From Basidiobolus ranarum (taxonomy: Eukaryota): a stretch of 58,853 nt of DNA. Below the pieces are notes generated by a model. That model saw only the letters and a list, made by a program, of their open reading frames with translations, was not told the DNA's origin and did no database searches. This document shows, piece by piece, positions 12,633 to 26,451 of this stretch (its first letter is position 1; the number at the start of each line of letters is the position of its first letter). The position numbers and the translations under genes are program-made. The stretch spans positions 1 through 58,853 of the forward strand of contig JASJQH010006884.1 in assembly GCA_040143965.1 (NCBI GenBank), written 5' to 3'.

Positions 12633-13606
12633 TAAACGAACTATACAAGAGGCTCAAAGGAATTCAGTTGATCACTAATGAAATCAAGAGGTGCCCATTG
12701 AGACTTATATACTGGGAACATCCAAGCTGAATGCGAATATCAAATAAGAAATATGGCACAATTTCTGACGTCTTAAATTAGCTAATGAAAGTCACATCTT
12801 CATAATATATTATATGATTATTGGGAAAATCACACCTTTCCAGTTCCTACTTGATACGAGAGCACACTAAATATAATCATAGAAATTCTGTTACATTGGA
12901 ATCCCCTAGATTCGTCACGTACCACCTGCCACTATCGAGCGAAATTCTCCTTAAGCGACTGCTGAACAGGTAAACTTTGCAAATACTTGACACCCTCTAT
13001 GGCGGGAGTTCGAGCATCGATGATGTGCTCAAGGCTAAACCAATCAAATCAGATCTGGAGCACCTAAAAGGTGGTGAAAGTAAATGGTTGTCTCAGGTAA
13101 CCAATCGCCCAAGGAAGTAAACTAAATATATTCTAATTATTTCATTCAATCCTAAAATCACGCAATCACGCAATTTGTGGATTGCACAATTCTTCACCAT
13201 TGCTCACTTACCAATTATGGTATTTCTGGAAAAACCATTTGTTTGTATACCTAGATCATGAGCCCTAATAATCATGAGTGAAGAGTCTGCAAGCAACGTG
13301 AACCCTTGTACCACTTGGACTCAAATCACGCAAGATCACATCGTTATGCATAAACCATCACCGTTACCAAATCTGGGGAATAGGGATTAACATTTAACCA
13401 TACTGGTTTTCCTTTGAGTCTCCACAACTTCTTTGCTTTGCTATACATCCATTATATAATCAAGTTCTCTTTGGCATTCCTTGTTATCGATGTTTCTATC
13501 CCAACAATTAGTCAGTAACCCTGGGATATTATCCGATAAGTAATCGAGATTTCTAATCAGGCCAATTAACCATCTATAGATCAAGCCATCAAAATACATG
13601 CTATAA

Positions 13607-13639
13607 TAGCGTTAATAGTAGCGTTAATAGTAGCGTTAA
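13607..13639. repeat. 12-bp tandem repeat TAGCGTTAATAG, ~2.8 copies
   Basis: Read directly from the sequence. Confidence 0.85.
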
Positions 13640-13994
13640 CCAAAATTAATATTTCAGTGTTTGGTTCTACTGCTTATTCATTTATTAATGAAAGTTCCAT
13701 TTTATTTTCTGCTATGCCTACAGAGATGAATCTTTACCTAAAACGAGTGAAAATACAAAGAATATGAATGGATGGAGGAAGGGAATTATAGTACTATTTG
13801 TTAAAATATAAAGTATTTGTATAATGTTGACAAACTAGTCAAAATGTATAGTTCATAGTTAGAGTTGAAGCCTTGCTTTCTTGCTTTTGTTCAACATCAA
13901 AATGTGAAATCCTGGGCTTGGAAGTTTACGAAAAGTGCCCTCATGCTCACAAAAAAGATATGGAGTGGAGTAATATTCATCACAGAATGCGATT

Positions 13995-16900
13995 TCACAT
14001 CTGTCCTTGTAATATCATCTCGATGACACCGTTTATATAATCTTTTCGCGGAGTGAGATCTATATTGAACGTGCTACTTAGCTGCTCTCTAACTTGCTTC
14101 TTTGTGATTCGCATTAAGTTCGCATTTTGAAGGATTCGCTTCGTTTCTGCAACTAGTTCATCGTCACTAGGAAGGATTACCGAGGTGTTTTGTGCCATAT
14201 AGGGAGAATAAGGATCCATCTCACTCATAGGCCGAGAAACTGGAGGGACATAAGGTGAGGCTACAGTATAGGGTGATATAATCTGTTGGCCATAGTTATG
14301 TGTTCCAGTCATGTAGGAGCTTCTAGGCTCGGAAACTGCGTCGTGAGGATATGGAGAATAACTGCTTGGATAATATTCAGAGCCCGGACCATAACCGCTT
14401 ACTACAGATCCGGCATATCCGGGAGGAGCGGGTGATCTTGAGCGTGATGGTGATCTGCCTTGCTGAACTGAATGATGTGCAGAGAGAGCAGAGCCACGAA
14501 CTCTAGAGTGTTCTCTTGGGTGTGGCTCTAGTTGAGAACCATAGGGACCATAATGTGAACCACTATGGTTGGAGATCACATCAAGTTGACTTCCTCCGAA
14601 TTGCTGGTGCGAGTTACGTGATCCGTAGGAATCTTTAGACACAGTTGATCCCGCTTCCCAAGCCTCTTGCTCAAATTGACTCCATTTTTTCTTTGGTATC
14701 GACTTTGGATCAAAAGGTGCCTCATTAGAAATGACTTTCTTCTCGCCTTTATCTCCCAATACAACACGTGTATTTCCCCAACTGAAATCATCGAAATGCC
14801 AGAAGGAATATAGAGGGATAGCAAAGGAGAATAGAGGCATAGCTAAAAGATATATGATCATCCAGCCTATGTGTTGCCATTGTCGTTTCAATATGAAAAT
14901 TATAGCTTGCAAACCATAAACTACTCCAAACATGATCAAAGCTACTTTGCTCAAGTCACTGATATGGAATATGGCAGCGATAATAAGATAAAATAGATAC
15001 ACCACGGTAGCCGGCATGATAAGTGTTCCAAACAAATCTAAGAAAACCACAAAGCGCATAGAAAAGCAGCAAAAACCACAGAGATCCGGAAGGAATAGCA
15101 GCTCGAATAGATTATGAACCGTGGAGTTAATCCAACGACGACGTTGCGATAACAAAATTTCCCATTTTTCTGGTGCCACTGTTAAGCACACAGCATCAGG
15201 TGTAAATTTCATCTTGTATTGGGGGAAGTGTTTTAGCATAAGAGTCGTCAGGTAGCGATCTTCGCCTAAGGAGAGAAGATTTTTCTTGTGAAGTGTGTCT
15301 ACGTTGTTTTCAGAGTATTCTTCAATGACTTGGTTTGCAATAATTAACGGAGAGCCTTTGGTTGTTCGGATTCGATACATACAGAAGCACCCAGGCAAAC
15401 AAGTTACACTTCCAAAAAGACTCTCAAATGCCTTCGCAAGGTGATGAGAGATGTAGTATTCATATACTTGAATCATGGTGGCCCAAGAAAATCCTTCGTT
15501 TGCAAGTTGCGTCTCTCCACACAGGCCAATAAGGCGAGCATCATGAATCATACATGCTATAAGTCGAGTCATTGAGTCTGGGAGCACCTCTGTGTCGGCG
15601 TCAACCATTAAAATATATTCATAGAAAGCTGGATTGACTCCTATTACATTTTTGATGTGATGATAGATTTCGAGATCGAGAGGGGACATTTCATCATCGA
15701 AATGGACTCGGTTTAAGAAGTTCATCAAAATAATTTGAGAGTCACGCTTTCCTCTGTTACCTGGTCTACTGCGTTCTGATGGCTTTCCAACTTTCGCAAC
15801 AACAACATATGGAACCACATGTCCCTCATATTCATAGAGACCTGAGTAAACCTTGCCCATGTTATGTTGGGAGTTCCCTTCGCCGATACTTTGGAAGCTA
15901 AAGGGATCTGGGTCGTAATTGGGATCGACTCCTAAAATATCACACACTATCTTGGGAGTAGGACGGTCGTTGCCACTACCGATAATCATGCCGTCAGCAA
16001 TAATGAATAAAAGTTTACGTTTATCGTCGTAGTCCAGCCCCGCAAGTGAATCGATAGTCTTTCGTAAAGAATCCTCTCCTTCAGTATAACAGGGAACCTG
16101 GCAAATGACAAACTTGTCAAGATCTTCGGGTCTACGTTTAGAACTTAACTGAAGGGCAGCAAGGAATTTGATTACGATAACAGCGCAAAGAATTGCCGCA
16201 AAGCCTACAGGTATCCAGTATGCTACCATGCATTGAACACTTTTGCGGGTATCAACAACTCCAATATAAAATGCCTTATTCAAGCAATTCATTGTCAAAG
16301 CTCTAGTTTGTGCATCCATTTTCACTTTTTCTTTCCAAACTTTGGTGACGTCGGGCCCTAATTCAGGGTTCTTAAACATCTGGTATACTTGGTTGTCAAG
16401 AAAATGAAAATCGGGTACACCAGCGCTAGGAATAGAGTTCTTATCCAGTGTTAGAAAATAGAGCGAGAGATCGTAGACTTTGCCATCGATAATTCCCCAC
16501 TGTCGATTTCCTGCTTTCGCAGCATCAGCAATGTCTTTAATCTCGAAAGCTATATCCCCCTTTTCCATCATTTTCATCTTTGGCAAAGCAACATCATAAA
16601 ACCATGTCGTGCTAGCCAAAGCACTAGAACGATCTGGTGTCTTTGAGCCAGTCACATGTGGTACTAGGTCAACGGTTCCGTTCGTTGTAAGTTCCATTCT
16701 CTGATCCGTGACAAGTCCTTCACACATAGTGCTCAGGGGAATGGAGAATGCATTGCCCACATCTAAGCCACCATAGGCCTCCATTTGATCGTAGCGGGCA
16801 CCGGTCGGATTTTGAATATTTTTACCATGGTTTTGCATAGCAAAGTCCGATATATCATACACTTTCCCCTTCATGTATACATACAAATCACCTTTGCCTG

Positions 16901-19858
16901 TATGGTATGCAACATCTGTCTCGTTGTAATAATAAACTCTAGGACAGAGCAGTAAACCTAAGCCTATGATGAAAAACATCATAATTCCCCAAAGAAATAG
17001 AATGACAAGGCAGAGAGCGACTTTTTCTCTCCAAGCTATTTGGATATCAGGACGTTTTAAACCACAGGCTGACATCAAAAATGTAGGAATCCACCAAGTA
17101 AGAGCCCATGTAGTACCTAACCAGCATTTTCGAACCCGTGTAACTGGTATTACCTCGATCACTTGTTCATTTGATTTTATACCAGTTTCGGAATTGTCTA
17201 CTTTGGTTAATTCAATGCCATCGTTTGCGTATCTAAGAAGTTATACAAATTAGAATCTATGGGAATTTAGTTGGATTTAAAGAAAGTTGCTCATACTTTG
17301 TAGGTTGATTTTTGGAATCATATTCACTACTCATAACACTGTGATCATCATCTCCATAATGTCCGTATGTTCCATGGAGATTACGCCGGTTCTCGTAAGG
17401 TTCCTCACTAATATAACTGGCACCATCATCATAGTATCGAGGGTGAGGAGAAAGTATTTGACCTGGATGATTTCCAGGAGTTTGGAATTCACTCATATGG
17501 CGATTGTTGAGACCAGACATCAGAGATTCATTGTCCCCTGAGACTCCTTTTAATGCCGCACGCTGTTCTTTTTCCACCGTTCGCAGGCTATCCTCAAGTC
17601 TTTTCCAGGCATTTTCACTCAAGAAAACTTTGTTATTACTACCGAGACAAACATCGATGTCGTCCCACCCGCTGATGGCTTTTACAGCTTCTATTTTCTG
17701 AACGTTACTTCTATTTTCATCAAGATCAAGTTGCTCAAATACTGTTTGGTATCTATCAAGAAATTCCGAGAAATCGTAGCTGGTAGTAAAGTAAATGGCT
17801 AGTCGCTTTGCAATATCAGTTAGAGAAAACGCTTTGACTTGAGCTTTAACACTTCTATCATCAAAAATGGCCTGATCCTCGTTCGGTTTGATATGAATGA
17901 TATGCCATACTTTTGTCTCTTCAATTGTGGTAAACAACTCATTTAAAGCGGAGTTTAATTGGGCGATAACTGTGGTGGCTTTGTTTGCTTTCTTACTAGT
18001 GGGTTTTCTAGCACCCTCAGAGTTTTTGTATCTACGGCTTGGTTGCCTCATGGGTTTCGTCGGATGTTGAGCTGAAATCACAGTATTCTTATTGCGAGGG
18101 TGACTTTCAACAGCTACAGCGGCACTGCTAAAGAGTTCGTTCATGAAGGGATTGGAGCTAGAAGAGCTTCCTCGAAACAAGTTGACAAAATCTGGGGATA
18201 GAACATCCATATTTTTTTCATTGAAAGATTCAGTTGAATACTCTATCGAGCCCGCAAAATGTCTTATTCCGAACTGTGTGCCATCAGTTCCTGCAAGAAA
18301 TAAGGAGGGATGACTTTTGAAGGAAGTCTGAATAAAGGATCCCAGCGAATTTTTGGACTCTTGTTGATTTTCATCATGAGAATACTCCTCCAGAAGGGAT
18401 ACTAAATTTTTATCAGATTCCTTGTCACTTGTACCGCATAGAAGTTCGGTACATTGAATGTTGTTGACATAGTTTACGTGTGGTATTTGAATTCCCTCAC
18501 TAATCAACTCGGCGTTTATACCATATGAATCATCGAAGATGTGCTTTAAAGTATATTGCTCCAACTTTTCATTAGCAAAATTAATGCAAAATTCTTCAAA
18601 GTAATTCTCTTGCGAATGTTGAAATCCAAACTGGTCTAATATTCCAATGAAGTTGGCCACTTTATCTCTGCAGATACGCCCGTTAATTGCCTCAACGAGC
18701 CAGCTGAAAAGCAATGAGTAAAATCCACGTGCCAAAGAATCCCGTTGTTCTTTGGCACTTTTAGCGTCGAGAAACACTGTGCATATGTCTTTGCCAATCA
18801 TGACAGATTTGAAAGTCAAAGCATCACTAAGTGAAGTAGATGAAATACCCAAGAATTCGGCTATAGTCTCCAGTATGTCTTGGTTTCTTATGGTGCAGGA
18901 TTCTTGCGCTTCATGATCAACAAACTCTAAGTTTCCTAAGTGAAGAATCACCGAGAGAAGACGAAAGATTTGGAGTTGAACTTTCGTCTTCAGACCAAGG
19001 ATTTTCATCGCATCCTTTAGATCAGCGAAACGTGACTGATCATCCACATCATGAATTCGAAGGCATTGGGTTCGCGATAAATAGTTGTAGTGGCTGGGCT
19101 CTTGGAGGTGTAAATGCGCCTTTTCTTCGGAGGTAGCTCCCAATAACAAGTAGTAGAATATATTGAAATTTCTTTCCTCTTTAGCAGCACTAGTAACACG
19201 AGATTTCTCCAAAAGATATGTCAACGTTTTCGTTCCAATAACCCTACCCCGTTCATTATACTGGACTTCTTGGAACATTCCATATCGAGACGCATTGGAG
19301 TTCTGCAGTGTCTTCGCATTACCGAATGCTTCCAGTACAGTTTGAGCTGTTTGAATTTGTTCATGGACTTTGGAGTCCTTTTTCGAATGCGAGGTGAGGC
19401 TACATAGTTGTTTAAGAAGGAGCTTATAGGACTCGGTCTTTCCACTTCCGGTCATTCCACTGAAATAAGAGAAATGGTTTAAGTATAATTATTAGTAAGT
19501 AAGTGTAGGCAAAAAGAACTCACTTGAGTATTACAGCTTGATCCTGTCCCGTCCTACGAAGATGTAGATACGCTTTCGCAGATAGTTCAAAGATGTGGCA
19601 TGGCAAAGACTGTGGATTTCCTGTAGTATTTCGATAACATGCTTCCACATACTTCTGAGCAATTTCATCAGAGTAGATGTCCAACCTTTGTAATGGATTA
19701 ATTGACACCAATACGGAGCTGTTTATCTTGATGTAAGGATTTCCTAATTCATACTGCTGTTTCAAGGACTGAACTACAATGTCATCTGAGAGATTTTCCA
19801 ACGCCGATAGATCTGACTGAGTATTGTGGATTTCTGGAGAAAACTCCGCTCTAGACAT
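13995..19858 (-). CDS. Myosin motor-chitin synthase fusion (class V/VII type) with cytochrome-b5-like and C-terminal DEK domains
   Basis: Myosin P-loop GMTGSGKT and NSNASRYG; CHS motifs LGEDRYLT, QRRRW, VDADT; DEK-C-like ITKKQVREQL; 2 introns. Confidence 0.95.
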
Positions 19859-21049
19859 TGTATTCTCAATTCAGATAACGGTGGAATTAACAAGGGTATA
19901 CTGAAACAGAGAATATTTTTGAGAGCAAAGTTGTGAGAAAGATGAGCGGGTTGAGAAAAACAATAAATTGAAGGCGGGTATTGAGATAATTATATTAGTT
20001 CGGACGGAAGGATTGTAATATAGAAGAGTTACAATGAATAAAAATCTATTATGGGCCTGATACGGTACGAATAGAGGGAAAATAAGGGTTGTAGTAAATA
20101 TGAGGAAAGGGAGAACGATGACTGGATAGGAGGGAGTAACAGTTTTAACCAAGACAAAAAGGAGATCCCCGAATGGAACAGTAGAATCGGACAGGTGCAG
20201 ATAGAATGAAAATAAGGGTTAAGGAGTAAAGGGCATTTGACTACATATGCACTTTAGTATTCTCACATTATTCAAGAAGATCCGGTAGTTGACCTTAAAC
20301 CAGAATCAGAGTATGTAGCAGTTAGGCTATATTCTCCTTACCGATGATTACTTGAGATTCGAACACCACAGATTAGCAATACTTAAAAGCCTTACTAAAG
20401 ATCCGGAAGCAAGAGAAAGGAGACTTAGCTACAATCTTGTTACTATTCATTACTGCGTACACAATAGAAAATGCTACTACTCATCACTGCGTTGAAATAG
20501 ATTGCCTCCATCTAGCGCAACTATTATTAGAGACATCAACTATATGCTCTGGAGAATTTAAGCTGATCACCATTGTTGACATTATCTCCGAAGCCCGGGA
20601 CAGCTACCACATGGACTATTTCATTCAACTGACAGTTTATTCAAGATTTTGTAAATCAACATATATATTATATATATATACATTTATACTTCCCTTTTGC
20701 CATTGATTTGATCTTCGTTTAAGTTACAAGGCCCTTGTATGAATGTAAAAGATCAGAAATCCCTATTGTCCATACTCATGTCTGATGTGCATCTAATGTA
20801 TCTGAATTAAAAACAACACCAATATTCCTAATATCACTTAACTTTTAGGTAATAAGAAACCAAGGGGGCTGCTTAACCGCATTTAGTTACATCTATCTGC
20901 ATTCATTCATTCTTGATGACTCCTTTTTATCAGTACTGATGAAGCGTTTAAACTCTTTGCTTCTTATCTTTCAATATTTGCGCCTTTGACTATAAACTTA
21001 TACCACAAACTGTCTAGTGTGAACAGCCCTTCAGCATCTCGCCGCGACC

Positions 21050-22265
21050 AGTGAGTTACAACAAGAGTGAGCCTCTCTATAACTAGTTCTATTTATTGAA
21101 ATACATATATATTGATCTCACTTTGGTTAGTGTCAGCTAAACTTAGTAAAGAGGACCCCTTCCCTCCACAGAATCCAATCACGCCTATTCGTATAGCTCT
21201 TCTTGTTCTGATATTTGCATTTCTGTCGGGATACACTTACTTTCTTATCTTGAAGCGAACCGACTCCTATTATACCCCGTTAATTCAACGACTCGTATAT
21301 GAACCTGTGTATTTATCACCGCCTGGTATGAAAGGTTTTATTTGTGCTTACATAATGGAATAATGATTGATTGGTAATCCCTGGGGAGAGTGCAATTCAG
21401 AGAGAAAGGCTTCAAACTAACAATACTTCTCACTTTATTAGACGTACGTATTTGCACAGAAGCACAACTGAGTTTGGATTTAAGTGTAAACTACGGGCCA
21501 GGGGACCTCGGTGTTGGATTTTCAGCAGCTGAAATGTTTGAAAATGAAATAGCTAACGAAACTCAGCCATGGCATCATTGTTATCTTCTTCGTCCAAAAG
21601 TCCCACTTCGGTTGACAAAAGAGAATGTCGGGAAATCGATGATTCGAATCATTTTGAAATTACAGTCTTCTCTAAATGAACCGGAAACGAATCAGTTTTA
21701 TCTCGGAATAGGTACTGATAGAGTCATACCCACACCTATACCAATATATCAATCTTGGCTTGTGAGTTATTCACAGACATTACACACTACTCTTAGTAAT
21801 ACCACTACCAATCAATACTTCTATACTCTATTCCCTACAACATTTCTTACCTCCACTTCACAAATTGGCACTCTTGACATAGCTCCTCAAACATTTTCTG
21901 TCGTTCATACAATCGAACGTCCTGGTTTTCTGAATGTCGAATTTCTCGGTCACATATTTAGTGGACTGCTTTTCAGCCTTACCCTCTATGTGATATTATT
22001 CGGCTTAGGACGGTATAGAAGTTGGGGAGTAGTACAATCGGTATTAAATAGAAATCCAGTATCAAATTTGATGAACACTGACCCATTAGCTTACAGCGAA
22101 AATGGTGCAGGTCAGTAAGAAATTGAACCTTTGCGAAAGATAATTACTAAACAATCTTTTGTAGAACTTACTCTAGAGCTTCGACTGGAGGAAATTGAAA
22201 GACTCATGTGTCTGTACCTCTCTAAAGCCGATAAAGTAGTCAAACCCACTAGAGCTGGATACTAA
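21050..22265 (+). CDS. Two-transmembrane protein with large extracellular loop, unknown function; start codon split by intron 21051-21130
   Basis: A|TG TCA GCT; TM1 IALLVLIFAFLSGYTYFLI; TM2 ending LFGLGRYRSWGVVQ; C-terminal LELRLEEIERLMCLY; 3 introns. Confidence 0.65.
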
Positions 22266-22590
22266 TGATTTTTTATCGGTCATCTATTATACTTCGATCT
22301 AACAGTAATCGAAGATTCTTTCATTGAGTTTTATAGCTATGCTCTCTTATCTCCAGTTATAGAGGTAATTTTGAAGATAAATTCTTGCACATGGAAAATG
22401 TCTATTTACTGTTGTGATCAAGACAAAAAATCCATTTTTTATTTTCTATATTTAAATACTTCCTCTTAAAATTAAACGATAAGAGATTATGGAGTAGGAG
22501 AGAAGACGCATCGAATTAATATATATTCAAGAACAATGATTGGAAATGGGTCGACTAAGAGTAGTGTTCTCAGTGCTTCTTTACACAATT

Positions 22591-25266
22591 CTATAGAAAG
22601 TCTCCAAATAGTTCTGGAACTTTGAGTTCACCTTTGTTGATCTTCTCGATGGCACGTATCAAGTCGTAGTTAATTTCCTGTGAAACGTGAGAATCGTGTT
22701 TGTAGTCTGGATGTGTTCGGATGAATTGGCGGATCCAAGTGGCAGCGGTCATCAAAGTACCTATTGTCGAAGATATTCTCAGTACACTCACATACACTAA
22801 ATACATCGATATAACGTGTCTTTACCATCAGCACGGCACTTGATGAAATCAAGGTAGCGTCCAAGAGTGCGACGAGTCTCAATGTCCACGTTGAGAGAGT
22901 TGAGGTAAGAGTTAACGATAGGAATGAGTCCTGGGAAGCCATCATCCTGAAAGAATATTAGATTAGATCAGGAGTTTCATAGACTACTTCTTCGTAAAAT
23001 CTACCTTTCCATTGATTATCTCATTGATGGTCATGAGTTCATACTCATCATCAACAGTGGAGTTAGTCTCACTATGGCTCTCATCTTGGAAGACATGCTT
23101 TCTGAAGTAAAACTTGTGCTCAAGAACTGCGGCTCTCTTATGGGCAGTCTTCATATTCTCATCAACCTAGAAGAACTATCAATGTACGCCCAAATGATCG
23201 GATCGAATACCAGACTAACCTTAGAGATGGGAATATAAAAGTTAAGACCAAAACTAAGAATGGCGCGTGTAAGCAGGACAATGAAGATAGCAAAAGCTGC
23301 GTTTTCAAAATCAGTAATTTGAATCTCCATCGATCGAAACTCAACTCTCCAACCAATAGGAGAATTTGGTGGAGGGGGTTTAAAGCGCATTGTTTGCCAA
23401 TTAGTAGATTGAAGATTCTATTTTAGAAGAGTATATAGAAGAGTATATGGTTAGTTCTCTTGATCTCCAACAATTGACCAACGCTCATGAATACCTCAAA
23501 ATGATCCGAAGAAACCTCGTCATCTTGTTCTAAAAGCTCTTCAAAAATAACCAAAGGGTCCCGTATAAAAAGATGTGCAACGTGACGCGCTAATTGCTCA
23601 TCGACGCCTGGATAAAAAATTCTTGGTCAGTTTTGATACAGCTTGGTCTCTAGATCAGTACAAAAATCTGACCATTGTCCATAAGCTCCTTGCAAATATC
23701 TTCGTCGATTACTAACGGAATATCATTATACTCTGGTTTGTACAATTTGTCGGTTGACAAGTAGCTGTCGATTGAATCATAACGAGATTTGGGGATAACG
23801 AATTTGCTATTATTCAGTGGCTATTAATCAGACAACAATTAATATATATGCAAGTAGATTATTTAAATTAAACTAAATATACTCGACCTCCAAACCGCGT
23901 TCTTCACGAGTACGATCGTCTACACTTTGAGCAATAACATTCCAACGGCAATCAACATCGGCAAGATATCCACGATAAACTGGAGCAGCGGCTGTCAAGG
24001 CAAGCTAATAGAAATAATTTAACACATGAGATTCAAATTTTGGCTTTTTCTGCCCTTCACTAACCATGATTGGGCCTACAGTGGCAAGATGATCATAAAG
24101 TTTTCTGGCCTCGTCAATATTGCAAGCCTGGAAAGTTATCTGGAGACAACTACAACCCATTCCAAAGCACATGGAGTCCATATAAATATGATCAGGAAGC
24201 GCAGCACCTTCCCCAGCCTCTTTGTCTTCGGGAAATACATCTCTATCATGAGGAATAGTAGGGTCAATAAAAGGCTTGGGAGTGTTGGTGTCATGGAAGA
24301 TAGGCATGTTGATAGCAACTTTAGCTTGGCGACGTTTTCTAATATTTGCGGTAAGGGTGCTAAATAAATTTTGATTTGAAGAAATTTAGAGACAATATAA
24401 TGAAACGGTTGTCTGACATCTTTGAACTCTTACGGGAATCTGGCATGTGGATTGATAACTTCGTCGGGAACGAACATGCTTCTAGTAGCAAGGCCTGTTG
24501 GCTCATAATGAGGAGTTAAGAATTCACCGGGACATCCAAGTCGGGGGAAACTAGTAATAGTAATAGGGAACTCGCCCTCCTTCATATATTGCATAACGGT
24601 GTTTCTCCTAACATTGGTAAAGTCCGTTTATGGTAAATACAACAATATCCAAGGATTGCCCATACATTTTGTTATATAAAACATACCGAAGAATCATATT
24701 GGCCTCTACCGACAATAAATCATCCAGTGTGCCACCATAAGGAGCACCAGGCGTACCTGTTGATATTGCAAAATTCATTTAGTAGGTATGTCTGGATTTC
24801 AATTTACTTCGAAAAAAATACCTTCAAGCATGTAACGTCCGTACTCGGGTCTCCAAGAAGTTTCTACGACGATACTTTATGACAAATAGAATAAATACCA
24901 TGAAAATACGAGAATTCCTTAAAAACATATATTCACTCAGGATTAGTAGCAGCTTCGATTTCACTCTTCTGGAGTTCGTTAATCAAGTCGAATGCACGAA
25001 GCGAGAGACGAGCATTTTTGTTCTCATGGTCATAATCCACTACCATATATTCAATCTTAAGGAGAAGAAATTTAGCTCACCTGAACCGATATTAGAAAAT
25101 AAGAACAAGTGCAAACCTCATCGCCCCATAACAAGTGGTCCTTCTTGCGGTCCTTCAGTTTGTTATAAATAGAAAGGAACTGCTTGATTCCATGGCTACG
25201 AACGTGATCAGCGTATTTCTTTGCCTCTTCCCATTCTAAGGGAGTACCAAGTGAAAGAAGACCCAT
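22591..25266 (-). CDS. GSH1: Glutamate-cysteine ligase catalytic subunit
   Basis: [46 protein letters not shown]; many GT-AG introns. Confidence 0.97.
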
Positions 25267-26336
25267 TGCACAAAACTAAACGAAATGAATTTAAATATCC
25301 TGTACATAAATTTTTAATGTTTTTACCATGAAAACTTACAAATTACTGAAAGAACGTTTGCTCGGTGGGCAGTTGGACTAAGGGTGTGCCTCTTAAAGAC
25401 GATTTTTGATGACTAAAAAATCCAGCCTGCTCAGAACGAAATCGAACAATTCGGGCTTGATTTGATATCAAAATTTGAGATATTTATAGTTAGGTTGCTT
25501 ATTAATGTGAAATTTTGATCTAACGAGGTTGAAAATATGTTAACCCTTAGTTTTTGTCTTCTATTTGGCAACGAAGCTATCTTAACCCGTTTATTCAGCT
25601 TATTTTGTTGAACGCAGATATCATATGAAAACTGTGTCTTGGAAGGTTTTAAAGATAACCACAAGCACTCTTTACCTTACTTGTAATCATCGACTTGTAA
25701 ACATAAGAATAACGCCATGGAATCATCCTCTAACATCATTCTAACAATATCTTAACTCACCCTTATTTGGATGGCCCAGTTAAGTAGAAAGAACGATTTA
25801 ACAACGATTATCTCATCTGATCAATACATGCCATTTTTGAATAATTATCGATATTTCCAAATTGGTGACATTTAAATGAATACACTGGCAGCGAATTTAA
25901 GGTATGGAGTTGAGTTATTAAGAATTTGATAGAATGCGGGATTGATTGGCTAGAAACTTTAGCATTTCGAATTTCAACATCAACACTAGCTGATAAGCTT
26001 AACCAATATGTTGTTGTCACTAAGTATCAGCTAAGGCATGTAGCATTTCTGCAGGTATGGGCGAGCTACGGTGAGCTATTTATATTGTTATTATTCGAGA
26101 GTCAACAAGGGATTCGAGTAAACGGGTTGAAAAACAATTTATCCGAGACTCGTTAACCCAATACTGAGATTATCAGTTGTATTTGTCATATCTATTATAA
26201 CCATAACTAACTCATAGCTAACTGGTAACTATGACAGGTTAAATATTTGATTGATACATCCTGGTACGAACTATATTTTCGGTGAACACTTCGGATTTCG
26301 GCCACAGGACGAATGAAAGATGATCATCCCCAGAAA

Positions 26337-26366
26337 GATAAGATTTGGGGACATTGATAAGATAAG
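26337..26366 (+). promoter_or_regulatory. Cluster of three GATAAG (GATA-factor) sites upstream of ADE2
   Basis: GATAAG at 26337, 26356 and 26361, ~90-115 bp before the ATG. Confidence 0.35.
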
Positions 26367-26451
26367 ACTGATTGCAAAATAAGCTACTATAAATTGCTAA
26401 AACACTTTGGTTGTACTGTAAAAAAAGTTCTCATTTTACTATATTCCCACA

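Noticed and set aside
19859-21050. Head-to-head class V/VII chitin synthase pair as in ascomycetes
   Set aside because: The divergent neighbour is a 2-TM protein, not a second chitin synthase
26164-26173. CTGAGATTAT, resembling the fungal TPP riboswitch core
   Set aside because: The downstream GAACTTGATCTGGATAATACCAGCG-type block is absent and there is no thiamine gene nearby
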